Source: Oculina patagonica
Taxonomy: Eukaryota
DNA length: 64,000 nucleotides
Assembly: GCF_052425735.1 (NCBI RefSeq)
Contig: NC_135760.1
Span: forward strand, 19,158,001-19,222,000
Direction of reading: 5' to 3'
This document shows, one piece after another, positions 14,201 to 28,800 of this stretch (positions are counted from its first letter, which is position 1; every line of letters begins with the position of its first letter). Position numbers and translations under genes: made by a program. The notes beneath the pieces are model-generated. The model was not told where the DNA came from and did no database searches. It was given only the letters and a program-made list of their open reading frames with translations.

Positions 14201-17200
14201 AAAGAGACTAATTATATATGATGGAATCTATTAGATTTCGTAGACAGAAATTTCTAATTCATATAATATAAAGGGACGCTGTGAGCAAGAGACCGCCGGT
14301 TTGACCTTTCTCGCAGCTCAAAAGCTTGCTCGCGCGTATCGCATGTCGTTTATCCGTGATATCACACTACAGTATAACGCAATATTTGTTGAGACAACAT
14401 AGGGACATCTACAAAAAATATAAAAATATAAAATAAAATATTACTGTTGTTCAATTGAGCAAATCTACGAAGAAAATGTATTATTTGCATCCTTGGTCTG
14501 TGAATTCATAACAACTGTACTTATTTGAATTCCACCAGATCCTCAGGCTATGCAATGCTACTTATACAATCACTAACAAGCTTCTTATGTTTCAAAAATG
14601 TAAGCTGCAGTTGGATAACAGTCTTTTTCACACACAAGGTGTCAGCTAAGGTGTCAGACCCCTTGTGAAACGCCATCGCTTTTGCATGCATCGCGTGCCA
14701 TTTTTCTTTAAGAGCTAACGTTTAACACTATGCTCCAGGAGGGGCAGGATGACATGCGCCACAACGAGAATCAAAAGGCCCTCAAGCTGCCTCGTGGCAC
14801 AATGTTGCCCGAGTGAAATTGGTGAAAGCGAACAGCTGTTTAAAGAAAATTTGAGACTTTTCACCCCAAATGCAATTTCCTCCTTGGACCTCCACTCAAC
14901 TAAAACTAAAATTTATTTGTCCCATTTGGTGGTACAGATCATAGTTAGGCGGCGAATTAACGATCTTATTTAATATTCCAGTTAGTTGAAAAAGCAATTA
15001 GTTTAGCGTTTTTATTTTTTAACCTTGATATAGTTTTAATGTTTTTATCTACTAGTTTTAATGTTTTATTTACACACGACCCCACAAGCTATGTAGCTTT
15101 TTTATCCCATCGTGTATAAATAAAGGTTTTTTTTTTTTGATTGATTGAAAAGAACAATCCGTGAACTGATCGGACTTAGGCTTAATTTACACGGGACCGG
15201 ACGGGAATCATTTAGATTGGAGTAGACAACTGCTCTTTCAAAGACCGGGAGCTCTGATGAAAACATTTGATCATATTAACACATGCATGTATAAGTTGCA
15301 CACTACAAGTATTAAATTTTTATATCGAGGAAATATAGTTCTTTGGCTAAATTCCAGAGGCAGTACCAGCTTCTTCGGTCATGAAGTTACATGCCTTGTG
15401 TAAATCATCATAACAGTAAAAGCGAGTCAAAACAATGCGAAAATATTCTACTTCGTTTTGTTGCAAATGCACAGCCATAAATGCAGATATTTACAATAGC
15501 AACTGGTGAAGAAATTAAAATAATTTTATTGGCAATCTGTGACCCAACAAACAGAGACCACACAAACAGAGAATGGCAAACTTGTGCTTTGACCGATGGT
15601 ACATACGGGGGTGGGTGGGGAGGGGGCGGGGGCGGGGGGTAATAATGTTGCCACTGACAATATGTACGCATTGTCATAACCTGCAATTAGGCGTTAGTTC
15701 TCGCGGCGGTGTAGTTTAGCATTGTCATGGATCAGTGCGTAAGTGTTCGTGACTAGCGCGTAACACGAGAATTAATAAAAACAACGACCGGTATAAACTT
15801 GACATCACACCATACATGCGAGTTTTGTGCCATATACTTTGATCATGAGGATCATTTGTGCAGGATTACAAAAAACGGGTACTAAATCAATCGCCAAAGC
15901 CTTGCGGCACCTTGGGTTTACGGTATTTGACTGGGAAGAGCAAATCTTTGACTTTGTGGATGACTGGGTCGATGTTTTCCAAAATGGTACTAGGCCAGAT
16001 GTGAAACGACTCTACCAAAATGCTGATGCAGCCGTGGATATGCCTGGGTGTTTTTTCTACGAGGAAATACTGGAGGCGTTTCCTGACTGTAAAGTCATTC
16101 TGAGCGAACGAGAGGAAGAATCGTGGATAAAAAGTTTTGTGAATCAACTAGAACTGGTGGATGCCGCTCGATCCAAGATTCGGTACATGCTATCGCCAAC
16201 GTCGAACAAAGTGAGGTATATCACGGACTCCTATTGGTACGCTGCTTTTGGCTCTTGTAACCCCAAGTCCACCTATGTTTTCAGAAAGCGATATCGTATC
16301 CACAACCACCGTGTAAAGTCGATTGTTCCCGCTGACAAGTTCTTGGTGTACAACGTAAAACAAGGATGGAAGCCATTGTGTGATTTCTTGGGGTGCGAGG
16401 TCCCGACTGTTGCCTTCCCACATGAAAATATCAATGCTGAAATTTCTTCGACGATCCTCATGACCAGATATGGCCGGCAAATAAAATGGGAAATGCAGAG
16501 AGGTGTTTTTGCAATCGGTTCAGTTCTGATAATAATTGTAGCAACATTTCTGGCCATCTATTTAAATCAGTGATATTTAGACTCGATTAGACTCGCATAG
16601 TGAATAACAACAATGACGTCTTCATTAAACTTTTGTTTATTCTTTTAGTTTGTTTTTCATCAAAAAAAGTTATACCGCATCAAGAGACCAAAGTCAACTT
16701 TTTCTACATTGCCAGTTCGTAAAAAAAAGGCTCTCTAAAACTTGCAGCGTAAATTTAATCATTAAGGCTTAAAATAGTTTTTTATTTAAATCTGGCCATA
16801 AGTGACCAAAAACTTCTTCAGTGTGTTCACCAATGATTGGGGCTCATTTCATACCATTATTGTAGCAATTACTAATAAAAGGTGTCCTAACACTGCTCCA
16901 TCAAAGTATAAGGGGGGGAGTTTGAAAATGAAAACATCCGCATGTTCTGAGAGAAATAGAGGGAATCTAGGCGAAGTTTTTCGTTTTGAAAAAATTGTTT
17001 TAGGATCACCGGCTGTTAACGAAAGTGTTTTAGGAAAATCGTCCGCCATTCCGGTTTGTTTGTCTGAGTCATGACGTCACTCGTGCGCTTCGCTATTCTT
17101 TGTATTCACATGACGTCATCAAAGTTCTTAAATCCAAAATCAAACGGTCCCTAAGGACCCTAAGCTGTATTAAATTTTTCATTGGCTATAAGACTTTCTA

Positions 17201-19796
17201 AATATATATTTTTTCAAAGGTTTTTCAGCTCGATAACATCCTTCGATAACATCTCGATAACATCCTAACATCCTTCCTTCAGGCCTTTTGAATTTCGGAG
17301 TTTTACACCACAAGATACATTCAATAATAGTTACAATAGCAATTAGTTAAGAAATTTAAATTATTCAATTGGCAAGCTGTGACACAAACAATGGATGGTA
17401 AGCCTGTGGTTTGACCGTTACGCACCAGGGGAGGGCTCATGCTACCGCTGACGTGATACGTACGTGTTGTCATGGATCAGTGCGTAGGTGTTCGTGACTA
17501 GCGAGTTATATACACATGAGAATAAACAAAACGACGTGAAACTTGAAATCAGAGCATAAAAGCAAGTCTTGAGACACATACTTTCAACATGAAGATCATT
17601 TGTGCAGGATATGCAAAAACTGGTACTAAATCTATCGCAAAAGCCTTGCGGTACCTTGGGTTTACGGTACTTGACTGGGAAGAGCAAATCTTTGACTTTG
17701 TAGATGACTGGGCCGACGTTTTCCAAAACGGCATCAAGCCAGATGTGAAGCGAATTTACCAGAATGCTGATGCAGTCGTGGATATGCCTGGAACCTTTTT
17801 CTACGAAGAAATAATGGAAGCGTTCCCTGACTGTAAAGTGCTTCTGAGTGAACGAGACGAAGATTCGTGGATAAAAAGTTTTGTTAATCAACTGGAATCG
17901 ATGTCTGCTGGACGAACCAAGATGTCGTATATGCTCTCGCCGACAGCGAGGAGAGTAAGATATGTCGTGGACTCGTATGGCAACGCTCTTTTTGGCTCGT
18001 GTAACCCCAAGTCGACCTATGTTCACAGAAAACGATATCGTATCCACAACCACCGTGTAAAGTCGATTGTTCCCGCTGACAAGCTGTTGGTGTACAACGT
18101 AAAACAAGGATGGAAGCCATTGTGTGATTTCTTAGGGTGCGAGGTCCCGACTGATCCCTTCCCACATGAAAATATCAAGGCTGAAATCACCGAGACACTT
18201 TCCAAGACTAGATATGGCCAGCAAATAAAATGGGAAATACATAGCGGTTTTTTTATAATCGGTTCAGTTCTTGTAATAATTGTAGCAATATTTCTGACCA
18301 TCTGTTTATTTAACTACAGTGATATTGACTCATGAGTAAATAACTGATAACAGTGATGTTTTTATAAAACTTTACTAATCATTTTTAGTTTGTTTTTAAT
18401 CCAATTAAGATGTTATAAGGAATTACGAGACCTAATTCAATTTTTTTTATATATAGCCTTATCGTAAAAAAAGACTTTCTGAAAACTTGAAGCGTAAATT
18501 TCATCATTAAGTTTAAATTTTTAATGTGTGTAAATTAATTCACGTTGCTACTCATTGCGTGCCAACAACGCAGGCAGCATCCGCCTTCATTTCGTACAGA
18601 ATTTACGAGTATGGTTCAGCAGAGATCACGTTTACGCACATATATTGGGTATACAAGCATAAAAACTAAAAATAATGCGTCCTTACTCAAATGAGATCTT
18701 AAATAAATTCGGTCACGAAATTGTAAAGAGTCAATTATCACACAACTCTTTAATCCAAATAAAGGAAACACAAATCTTTTAGAATACCTTTGTTGTTGAC
18801 GTGAGCAGAATGAAACACCAACGCAGTCATTTAACATGGCAGGTAGAGAGGGTCTCAATGGGGTGGGGGCTTTTACGGTTAACGGTTAAAATTTTGGCCT
18901 TTTTACGGCTAACGGTTAATTTATTTCCATTACGGTTAACAGAAGTTAAAAGTTAATTTTCATTGTTTTTAATAGTTAAAAATCAATTTCCATTATTGAA
19001 AAACGTATTTTAGGTCTTTGGACCATTTTTGGGACGATGAAGTAAACTAGTTTGGGTTATTTATAATCACTGACCGATTTTTACGGTTAACACATTTTAC
19101 GGCTAACGGTTAAAATTTTCCATTTTTTACGCCTAACGGCTAAATTTTTGGCCGTTTTACGGCTAACGGTTAACCCCATTGAGACCCTCGGTAGACAAAT
19201 TGAGCCATTTCGTAACTAGCCGGACGCCCACTCTTACAAGTGAATCTTATGCTCTCAAAAAAGGCGCGAAAACTTAAATCTTTTTAAATATTAAAATATT
19301 TGTGTGGCGACCCAAAAGGTTCTAAAGCGGGTTGTCCTAGACTCGTTTTCTCTGAAACCTTATGGTTTTGGACAGTTCGTTGATCGACGCCACAGCACAA
19401 GAAACCACATAGTAACAAAAATCAGAGTCGGATTATAATATTTGCCTATGGCATTGGGTTTTTTGACGCGACCACTTAACAAGTCGTCACGCCTCCCTCC
19501 CCCTTGCCCCTTGCCATCCTGCAGTTCTTCAAGTCACAGCGACATAAAATAAGCTGGCCACTACACAGCGACTTCACAGGAATCCCATGGTACACTGCTG
19601 TCTGTATCCACGGGAACTGTCCACGACACAGGTTCACTATTAGTATGCCCTCATTGCCAAAGGCTCTCTTAATTCTTATGCCATATCCTTAACATTAGTA
19701 TTCCTTATTCGGCCTAGCCATCAGTGCACAGTTTTCATTTCTGCCTTAAGTATCGAAATACTTAATGAAATGCTCAGTGACCTGGCCTTTGAATGG

Positions 19797-19827
<31 letters not shown>

Positions 19828-22800
19828 CAGACCTCACTGCTTTTGTTGTGTTAATCATGTTGTTTTGATGCAAACTAGTTTGCATTTACATAATAAAGGA
19901 GAGAGGTTTGTATCAATGCAAGGTCACCTCCAGCCTCACTACCATTCAAAGGCCAGGTCACTTGGCAGGCAACTGTAAAATGGACTATTGACACTTTCTT
20001 TCACTGCACACCGCTTTCGACAAGGCTGTGTACGATCTCTGTGACTTTCTCTTCTGGATCTTCTGGCTGTGGATTTCATGATGTTCGCGCGATTGCTTTC
20101 GGAGTACTCGCAAGCGTTCACCCAAGTTTTTGATTGGATGAAATAAGTCGGAAACTCTTCGAGTGCTTGAACGAAGATTGGAAAAACTTGCACTTGTTCC
20201 CCCGACTGACGGTCCATGTGCAAATTTTTTACTATGAAAAGGAAAAGTCAAAAACGTGTAATTATACCGTGGTTCTGTCTGCTTTGTGTTAAACCATATT
20301 CGTATTTTCGGTATTAGACTGGAATTATCTTGCAATGGAAGCTAATGCGGGGGGATATCATTAAAAAAGCTTCATGTCATTTGCGTTTGAAAAGATCCCC
20401 TGCATTAGCCTCCATTGCAAGCTAGTTCCAGTCTAATTAATTAGTATTATGCATGGACTGTTAATTAATAGTTTATTTTGTATTAATTTTTATTATAACT
20501 TACTAGAATCACCTGATGTTTTTACCGTGTATAAAGAATTGTTAAATAAAATAAATAAAATAAATAAACAAATAAATAAACTAGTTCCAGTTCAATACCG
20601 AGAATACGAATATGGTCTTTTATAACAACCCGAGAATGCGGCTTGTTTGTCTTGTAAATTCCTATTTGCCTTTTTTCATCTTTTTTTCTTTGACAATGTT
20701 ATTGTAATTGGTTGTACATGTCTATAAAGAGGAACAATAGCATAGAGCGAAAGTAAGTGTTCGTCACATAGGCAACATTCTAGCTGAAAAAGAATTTTGC
20801 GCAGAAAAAGAATACTATTACAGTAAAAATCCGAGCCAGAACAATAAAAAAGAACGGTAAAACATATTAAAGAAACGGAATTGAAAAATAAATTTAAGAC
20901 TTAGTTGACATGACTCTTTTGAAAAGCTTGTGTTTACAAATTACAGGTATACAGATCATGTATGCCTTGTAAATGCACGTAAACTCGGGGATACATTTTC
21001 ATGGATCATTGTGTTATCACACAAGCGAGTTAAACCAAATAAAAAAAAGACGAGTAATTTGACATCACATAAGGGGAGGAGACCATTTGTGTTGGATATG
21101 GAAAAACCGATAGTAAATCCATTGCTAAAGCTTTTCTTTACACTGGGTTTACGGTATTTGATTAAAAAGAAAAAAATGTCATTACAAGAAGCTTAAGAAT
21201 TATTTATTAACATGAATAGGAATGCAAATGTACAGTACACAAAATCCCTATTCATCAATCAGTGTGTTAGACGTGGCATGTTCTTAGGGAGGTACACCGA
21301 GCGAGTAGCTTGACCCGGCAGCAGTAAAGAAACGAACAGAGGTCAAAGACAGTTTTCAAGCTTTACTCATGAAGATCATTTGTGCAGGATATTCAAAAAC
21401 AGGCACTAAATCAATCGCCAAAGCCTTGCGGCACCTTGGGCTTACGGTATTTGACTGGGAAGAGCAGAGTTTTGACTTCCTAGATCACTGGGTCGATGTT
21501 TTCCAAAATGGAACCGTACCAGATGTCAAGCAAGTTTACCAGAATGCTGATGCAGCCGTGGATCTGCCTGGGTGCTTTTTCTACGAGGAAATACTGGAAG
21601 CTTTTCCTGACTGTAAAGTGATCCTGAGCGAGCGAGAAGAAGATTCATGGGTAAAAAGTTGGGCTCGTCAACTAGCATCTATATTAGCTACACGATCCGA
21701 GTATGTGGCCATGTTGTCGCCATCGTGGAGGAAAATGTGGTACGTTTATAATTCCTATGCTGAAGCCGCTCATGGCTCTAATAACCCCAAGTCCACATGT
21801 GTTTTTAGAAAGCGATACCGTATCCACAATCACCGTGTAAAGTCGATTGTTCCCGCTGACAAGCTGTTGGTGTACAACGTAAAACAAGGATGGAAGCCAT
21901 TGTGTGATTTCTTGGGGTGCGATGTCCCGACTGTTCCCTTCCCACATGAAAATATCAACGCTGAAATCACTGAGACACTTCCCATGACCAGATGGGGTCG
22001 GCAGGTGAATTGGGAAGTACAGAGAGGTTCTCTTGCCATCGGTTCAGTTCTTGTTGTAGCTGTAATAACTGGTCTGGCTATATATTTTAGTAAGTGACAT
22101 TCGGCTCAGAGTGAAAACAAAGACTTCTTGTATTATTCCTTAAAATATTAAAGATACTTGAGGGTCAGTGGTTTCTCCTTGATGGTTTCGATTCTAATTT
22201 GAGTTACGTCGCATTTAATTCTACAGCTCATTCAACAAAAATTGTCAGTTCAGCAACAACTCGGTTCAAACTTTACTTGTTAATTTCATTATCCCTTTTT
22301 TCAAAAATTAATGCATGTCATTCGATGTTTACTGCGTTTCCCTTAACGATTTCAAAAACCTTATTTATTCAATAATTCATGAATCCAGGGACTAATTAAA
22401 TCATGGACAATACAACACGTGTATGAGTTTCATATTGGCAAAATACCCCTTATTAGTATTTTTATACAATGAAAGGATACTAATAAGGCCAAGGACAAAC
22501 GCTTTTCTAACCTTATTGATAAATGTTACCAATACCGCCCAAAACTGAAAACCAGCCTGAACACTTTTTTAGGGTTAGAATTTTTAAAGCTATTTAATAT
22601 TTATTTTACCCATAGGCAAAGCGCATATTTAATCCTATTGTGCTGTCACTGTTTTTAAATTCTGTTTTTTTTAATCTGAATTTTGACTTGATAATGGAGC
22701 AGGTAGCGTAGAACATTCTTGGACTCTGATAGCTTTTGTAGATTTTAAGAACATTCTGGCCTTAATAAAAAACCTGTTACAAAAATCTTTTTCTCATTAC

Positions 22801-25800
22801 GGTGTCCATCTAGAATTAGATAAAAAAAACAGCAGTTTGGTTATGTTTACATATTTTAATTCGTAGATCGCGCGTATACACCCGCTAATTAAAGGGTGAA
22901 AGGTAAAGCCTGCTGTCGAGCCAAGTGGCTCATCAGGCCGGAGCTTATCCCGGTTTCTGTAGCATTAAGCGGCTCGGAGTATTTCTACTCCCCCCTGGAT
23001 GGGATGCTAGTCCATCGCAGGGTTACCCCTCAGCAGTAAATTTGCCGGTAACCCGTTATAAACTTGGGTGGAGAGAGGCACTATGAGAGTAAAGATTCTT
23101 GCATGCCCAAGAACACAATGCAGCGCCCTGGCCAGGGCTCAAACTGGGGCCGTTCGATCCGGAGTCCGGTGCACTAACCATAAGGCCACCGCGCCTCCCA
23201 CCAAACGTCAGCCCTCTAACGTCCTCAAGACCCAAGGAATTACATTAAGCATTCCAGAAAAAACACCTGGATACCTATAAAGTTCCAAAAGTAAGAACCC
23301 CTTCCCCTCTTCCGGCGGAAAGTAGCGACGTATCTAAACTATTGATAATTTTTTTTTGACAATTCCCGAATGTAGCGACCTTCTGAGTTTCAGAGAGCAA
23401 CTTCAAGCGTAATTTGACATGTTATGAGAAACAATGAGAATACAGATGCAACAAGCTGAAGTTTAACAATCAGTCAATCACAGTGGGTCTTTCCTTTTAG
23501 GACAAGGTCCGTGATTCGTGAGTGTGACATCCCCCCCCCCCCCTCTCCCAACCACCCTGAAAAAAGGTACTGTCATTACACTCATTAGACTCGCATAGAT
23601 TAAGGACTAGTTGTTCATTGAAATGTAAAATTCAATCGTTTTATGGCACATTGAGCCAATGTCAGTAGATATATTTGTTTAAGGTCCAATGAGTGACATT
23701 TCGAAAATATAACCGTCAGCCGTCAAATGCCGGCCCACAATTTAACCATCCATCGTCAAAAAGCAATGTTTTAAACTGTCAACCTTCAAAGGTACCTTTC
23801 CCCCATGGAGACCCTCCTATTCGCTCAATTATAGAAACTCTGGTGCGCTGACTAATTGGCAAATGGGAACCGATTGAAATGGAGGCAAAAATAATTAACA
23901 TTTATTGGACGAGGTCGAGCAAAGTATCGTGATTTGTCAGTAGCGAGCAGATCGATTATTTGTCAAAGCTGGCACTAACAAATAAAGATATTTTGGGACA
24001 GCTTACGTTGCTTGTGTGCAGTGTCGAGCAGTGAATATTCAAAGAACATGAATTAATATACAAAGTATGATAAAATTAATGATTAATTCGCCTTCAAGTT
24101 ATGAGATTGCTAGAGCTCCCTGACCTTACAATAAAGAAATATTAAGTTAAATTAGCCCTCGTATTATTTAATGCAATGTTATTCAAATTACAATCGAAAA
24201 ACATTGAGGAAAAAACCATCTACGCTCTAAGTGTCTTAGATATTTTAAGAATAAACAAAGACGTCTTTGTTTTAACTTTGAGTAGAGTGTCACTGATTAA
24301 AGCAGATAGCAAGAACAGTTATTACAATTATAACAAGAACTGAACCAATGGCAAAAGAACCTCTCTGCACTTCCCAATTCACCTGCCGACCCCATCTGGT
24401 CATGGGAAGCGTATCAGTGATTTCAGCGTTGATATTTTCATGTGGGAAGGGAACAGCCGGGACCTCGCACTCCAAGAAATCACACAATGGCTTCCATCCT
24501 TGTTTAACGCTGTACACCAAAAGCTTGTCAGCGGGAACATTTGACTTTACAAGTTGGTGGTTGATACGGTATCGCTTTCTGAAAACATAGGTGGACTTGG
24601 GGTTATGAGAGCCAAATTCGGCATCGACGTAGGCATTGTAAAGGTACCACATTTTCCTCCAAGTTGGCGACAACATGGCCACATACTCGGATCGTGTAGC
24701 CAAAATCGATGCCAGTTGACGGGCCCAACTTTTTACCCATGAATCTTCTTCTCGTTCGCTCAGAATCACTTTACAGTCAGGAAAAGCTTCCAGTATTTCC
24801 TCGTAGAAAAAGTTCCCAGGCATATCCACGACTGCGTCAGCATTCTGGTACATTCGTTCCACGTCTGGCCTTGTACCGTTTTGGAAAACATCGACCCAGT
24901 GATCTAAGAAATCAAAGCTCTGCTCTTCCCAGTCAAATACTGTATACCCAAGGTGCTGCAAGGCTTTGGTGATTGATTTAGTACCCGTTTTCCCAAGTCC
25001 TGCACAAATGACCTTCATGGTAAAGTTCAGCTATTAATGGTGGTTGTGCCTCTCTGCCGTAATGTCAACTTACATGTCGTTGTTTTTTTTTTCGTGCAAC
25101 TTGTCACGAACACGTCACTGATGCATGAAAAGACGCATTATTATTCATTGCAGCTACTATACTCTATTCTCATCGGATGAGAGCATTCCTGAGCTATTAA
25201 ATTCACGTTGACATCAAATTTTTATGTCATATCTACGGACAATAGGATTATACATGCAGAACTGATGTCATTTCTACAGATAACCTTGGAAGCTTTCTAC
25301 CTTGAAAAAAATATTGGAAAAATATTTATATTCCACGGTTTAATATTTGGTGCCTAACATCTTAAAAGTGGCACTTCGATTTCAATTTTTGGGATACCAA
25401 TCTTAGAAGATATATCAGTTTTCAAATGTTAGCTAATGTAAGAAAGGAATAATTTTCTACATTGGAATTTTATCTTTGCTGGTACTACACATTCACCTAG
25501 TGTATTTTGTGGCATTGGCTAGTCCTATCTATGTTTGCATATACGAAAAAAATCCTAATTACTTAGAGTATTAAGTCGAGTAATGTGGAGGGGGGGGGGG
25601 GGGGAGGGGCTCGTCAATGAAACATTGAATAAAGAGAGGGGCCACCTGCTCTTTTCAGGCCTGAGGAGGGGGTCCTGACGGACTGAATTTCTATCTTTCA
25701 TTATATTTTTCCCTACCCCCTCTACATAAATAATGACCGGTTCCTAATAGAGAACAGACTAGCATCGTGCGGAATCGTGCAAACGCCGCCTTTTTCTGCC

Positions 25801-28800
25801 TTGCCGTAGTCTGTCTTGCTTGTCAGTGAGAGAACGAAGCGATGACTGAATCATCCAGATTTGCCAAAGTAACGGAAAACTGTTTGGAAAAACTACTAGA
25901 TGATAAGGACGCAAAAACATAAACATTTCATACATCATTTTTGCAAGTTTTTGCTAAAATATTTGCCAGTGAATCATTGACATCAAAGTAGTTTACAAAC
26001 GTGTCTTTGACTGTTTTTCTTGTTTCGCCATCAAAAAATCGTGTGCCTTTTTAGCACTAACAATGTCTTATAAAACAATTATTTACACTCAGCATGTTCA
26101 TATAATATCCGTAAATGTTGCATAACCTTAATTTCCCGTTAAGCCTCGGTCAATTAATCGCTCGTGCTTTCCAATCTGTTTTTACTGTGCTATCCGACGC
26201 TATGAAGTCATATTTGACAACTGTCCTGCAAAATTGTGCGGATCGCGGAGTGCGGAATTTATGCCTGATACTTAGCTGAGGCCATAGCTGGCCGAAAAAT
26301 GAAAAATACGTTTTTGGTCCAGTATAATTTTTAAATCGTTTTTCGGCAACTCCGGAAAAAAATGTCACTGCAAGACGGTAATGTGCATGAGCAGATCATT
26401 ATTTGTTGGCAGTTAATTGCAGATCATTTTGTGGGCTCTCGGCTCGTCAAAAAAAGGAAAAAAAACATATGCATCGAAAGAAACCTTACGCTCTTTGTGT
26501 GCAGTAAATATTGAAAGAACATGAATTATGATGAAATCGATTATTTATTCACACTTTAGTTTTGAGATTCATAGAAAAAGCGGAATTAGCTATCGTATTA
26601 GAGCGGTTTTCACTTGAGTGTCGAAAGTAAATTGCGTTTGCTTTGGTTTTGCATTACTACGCTTAGTGATTGGCTTAAAAATCTCGCGCCACCTTCTCAG
26701 CCAATCAGGAGTAAAACCAAAACCAATCGTGACTCGCTCGCGCACAATTTCCCGCGCTTCGTGCCAGCTACATGTATTTGCTTCGAGTTTTGATTGGTTC
26801 ACTGGATTATCTGTGTCCTTTGTGATTGGCCAGAGTAATTACTTTGGTTTTGGTTTTACGACACTCAATTGAAAACCGCTGTCACAGGATGTTTTGCAGA
26901 AAATATTGCAAAATAAATAGTTAAATTAAATCTTGATTTAGTGGCTTTTAAGGTTTAGGTAATTAGTACCGAAACTTCTAGAAAATCTAAAATATACCAA
27001 AAATAACTATAAATTAAGATAGTGTTAATTGGTTAAGAAGGCGAGCTTAATATCACGTTTTTTATAGCCACTGAACTGAGGCACGGCCAGCGCCCATTTC
27101 TGCGCACTAAAGTGTTTTCTTGTATTTATTTAAGTTCTTGTCTTGTGATTTTTATGTCTTAATACCTAAGTTTAAGAATATTCGTGATTGTGAACGTGAG
27201 TTCAGTTCACTGATAATGGAACTAATATATTTTGATCTGTCAACCATGGGACATCGTGTCTCAATCTTGTCATATACTCCGTGAGAACTACTTTTGCTAA
27301 TACCACCAAAACCCCTTCGGCAACCGAAATGACGCAAGAATGTATCTTAATGAATGTATGATCCATTAGCAACTAGGGAAAGATAATTTAAAAGATATGC
27401 ATGTTAATAAGCAGCTAAAAAACATATATAAGCAACGCTGTAAAACTAATAATTTAGAAGAAAGTTGAAGGAAGAAGGAAGATAGAACTTGTGAGACAAG
27501 AAGCTTGAGGAAGGAAGCTATAGATGGAAGTCAAGACTCGAAGAAAGTAATTTGTAAGTCAAGACGTTGGAAGAAGAAGGACAGAAGAACTGACGTTAAA
27601 GAAAAAGAACTAGATTGTGAGTTATACTTAACAAATAAACCTATAGTTCAATCTTCACGAGTCAGAGTCGCTTGCTGCACGACAATGGAGTACAAGCTCT
27701 AAGCTAATCCCCGCCGGCAGTAAAAGCACCCTTTAACACTGGTGCAGAATCGAATGTCGACAAGCAGCCTGCGACCAACGAAGCAAACCAAAGGAAGAAA
27801 CAAAGAAAAAAGCGACAAAAACTGGATAATCTAACGAAACAGACGATTTCATAGAAGAAGAAGCCTATCTGATTGCTGCAATCAGATTAGAACTTTTAGA
27901 GCTCACGGATGGAGAACTTTAAGACACAGTGAACTTTCTCAAGAGGCTGGAACATTTTTTTTCCAAGAGGCGGACGACTGTTTAGATAAGTTAGATATAT
28001 TCCATTTAAAGATTGCTATTTAGCTTTAACTGTACTTAGTTAATTAGTTATGCCATTTTTCCCTTGCCATTTTCGCTGTTTTCAACTCGTGTTGTGTATC
28101 GTAATGTTTTTGTTTTGGTGCCGTGCATGAAGCATGCAGCATCGAAAGGCGTTACCACGCGAAGTCAAAGTAAAACGTTTTGTCACGGCAACTGCCAAAA
28201 TCCTAAAAGAAAAACGGAAAAGATGAGCGATCACGAGGACGAAGTTTCTCAGAACGATATGGCGGAAACTATGAGAAAATTACAGCGATTGTTTGTTTGT
28301 CAGAATGAATTTTTTGAAGTGACATTGCATGGTATGCAGGCAGCGATTGATAAAGTTGCATCTCCAAATTTGAAATCATCAGTCAAATTAGAGCCGTTTT
28401 CTGGCTACGAAAACGAGGACGTAAACCGTTTCCTCGAAAAATATTTAAACCGCTTAAAGGCCAAAGACGTTCACTTAAGTCCCGAAGCAAAGGCCGCCGA
28501 TCTAGCGAGCCATCTGAGAGGTCCAGCCGAAACGTGGTATTTTTCCCTTGATCGGTTTATACGAAATGATTTTGACAGTCTTGTCCGTGTCCTAAGGCAA
28601 CGATTTTCTTCGGACGATTTTAAATGGCGTCTCCGGCAGTCACTAAGTTCGCGCAAACAAGGACCCAATGAATCCTTGGATTCTTATATTGAATTTATTA
28701 ATAGCACCTGCCAACGATTGGGCGTGCCGCAGCAGGACCAAATGCATTATTTCGTGCAGGGATTGCGCGACGATATTAAGCGAGAAGTGTTAATGCACAA

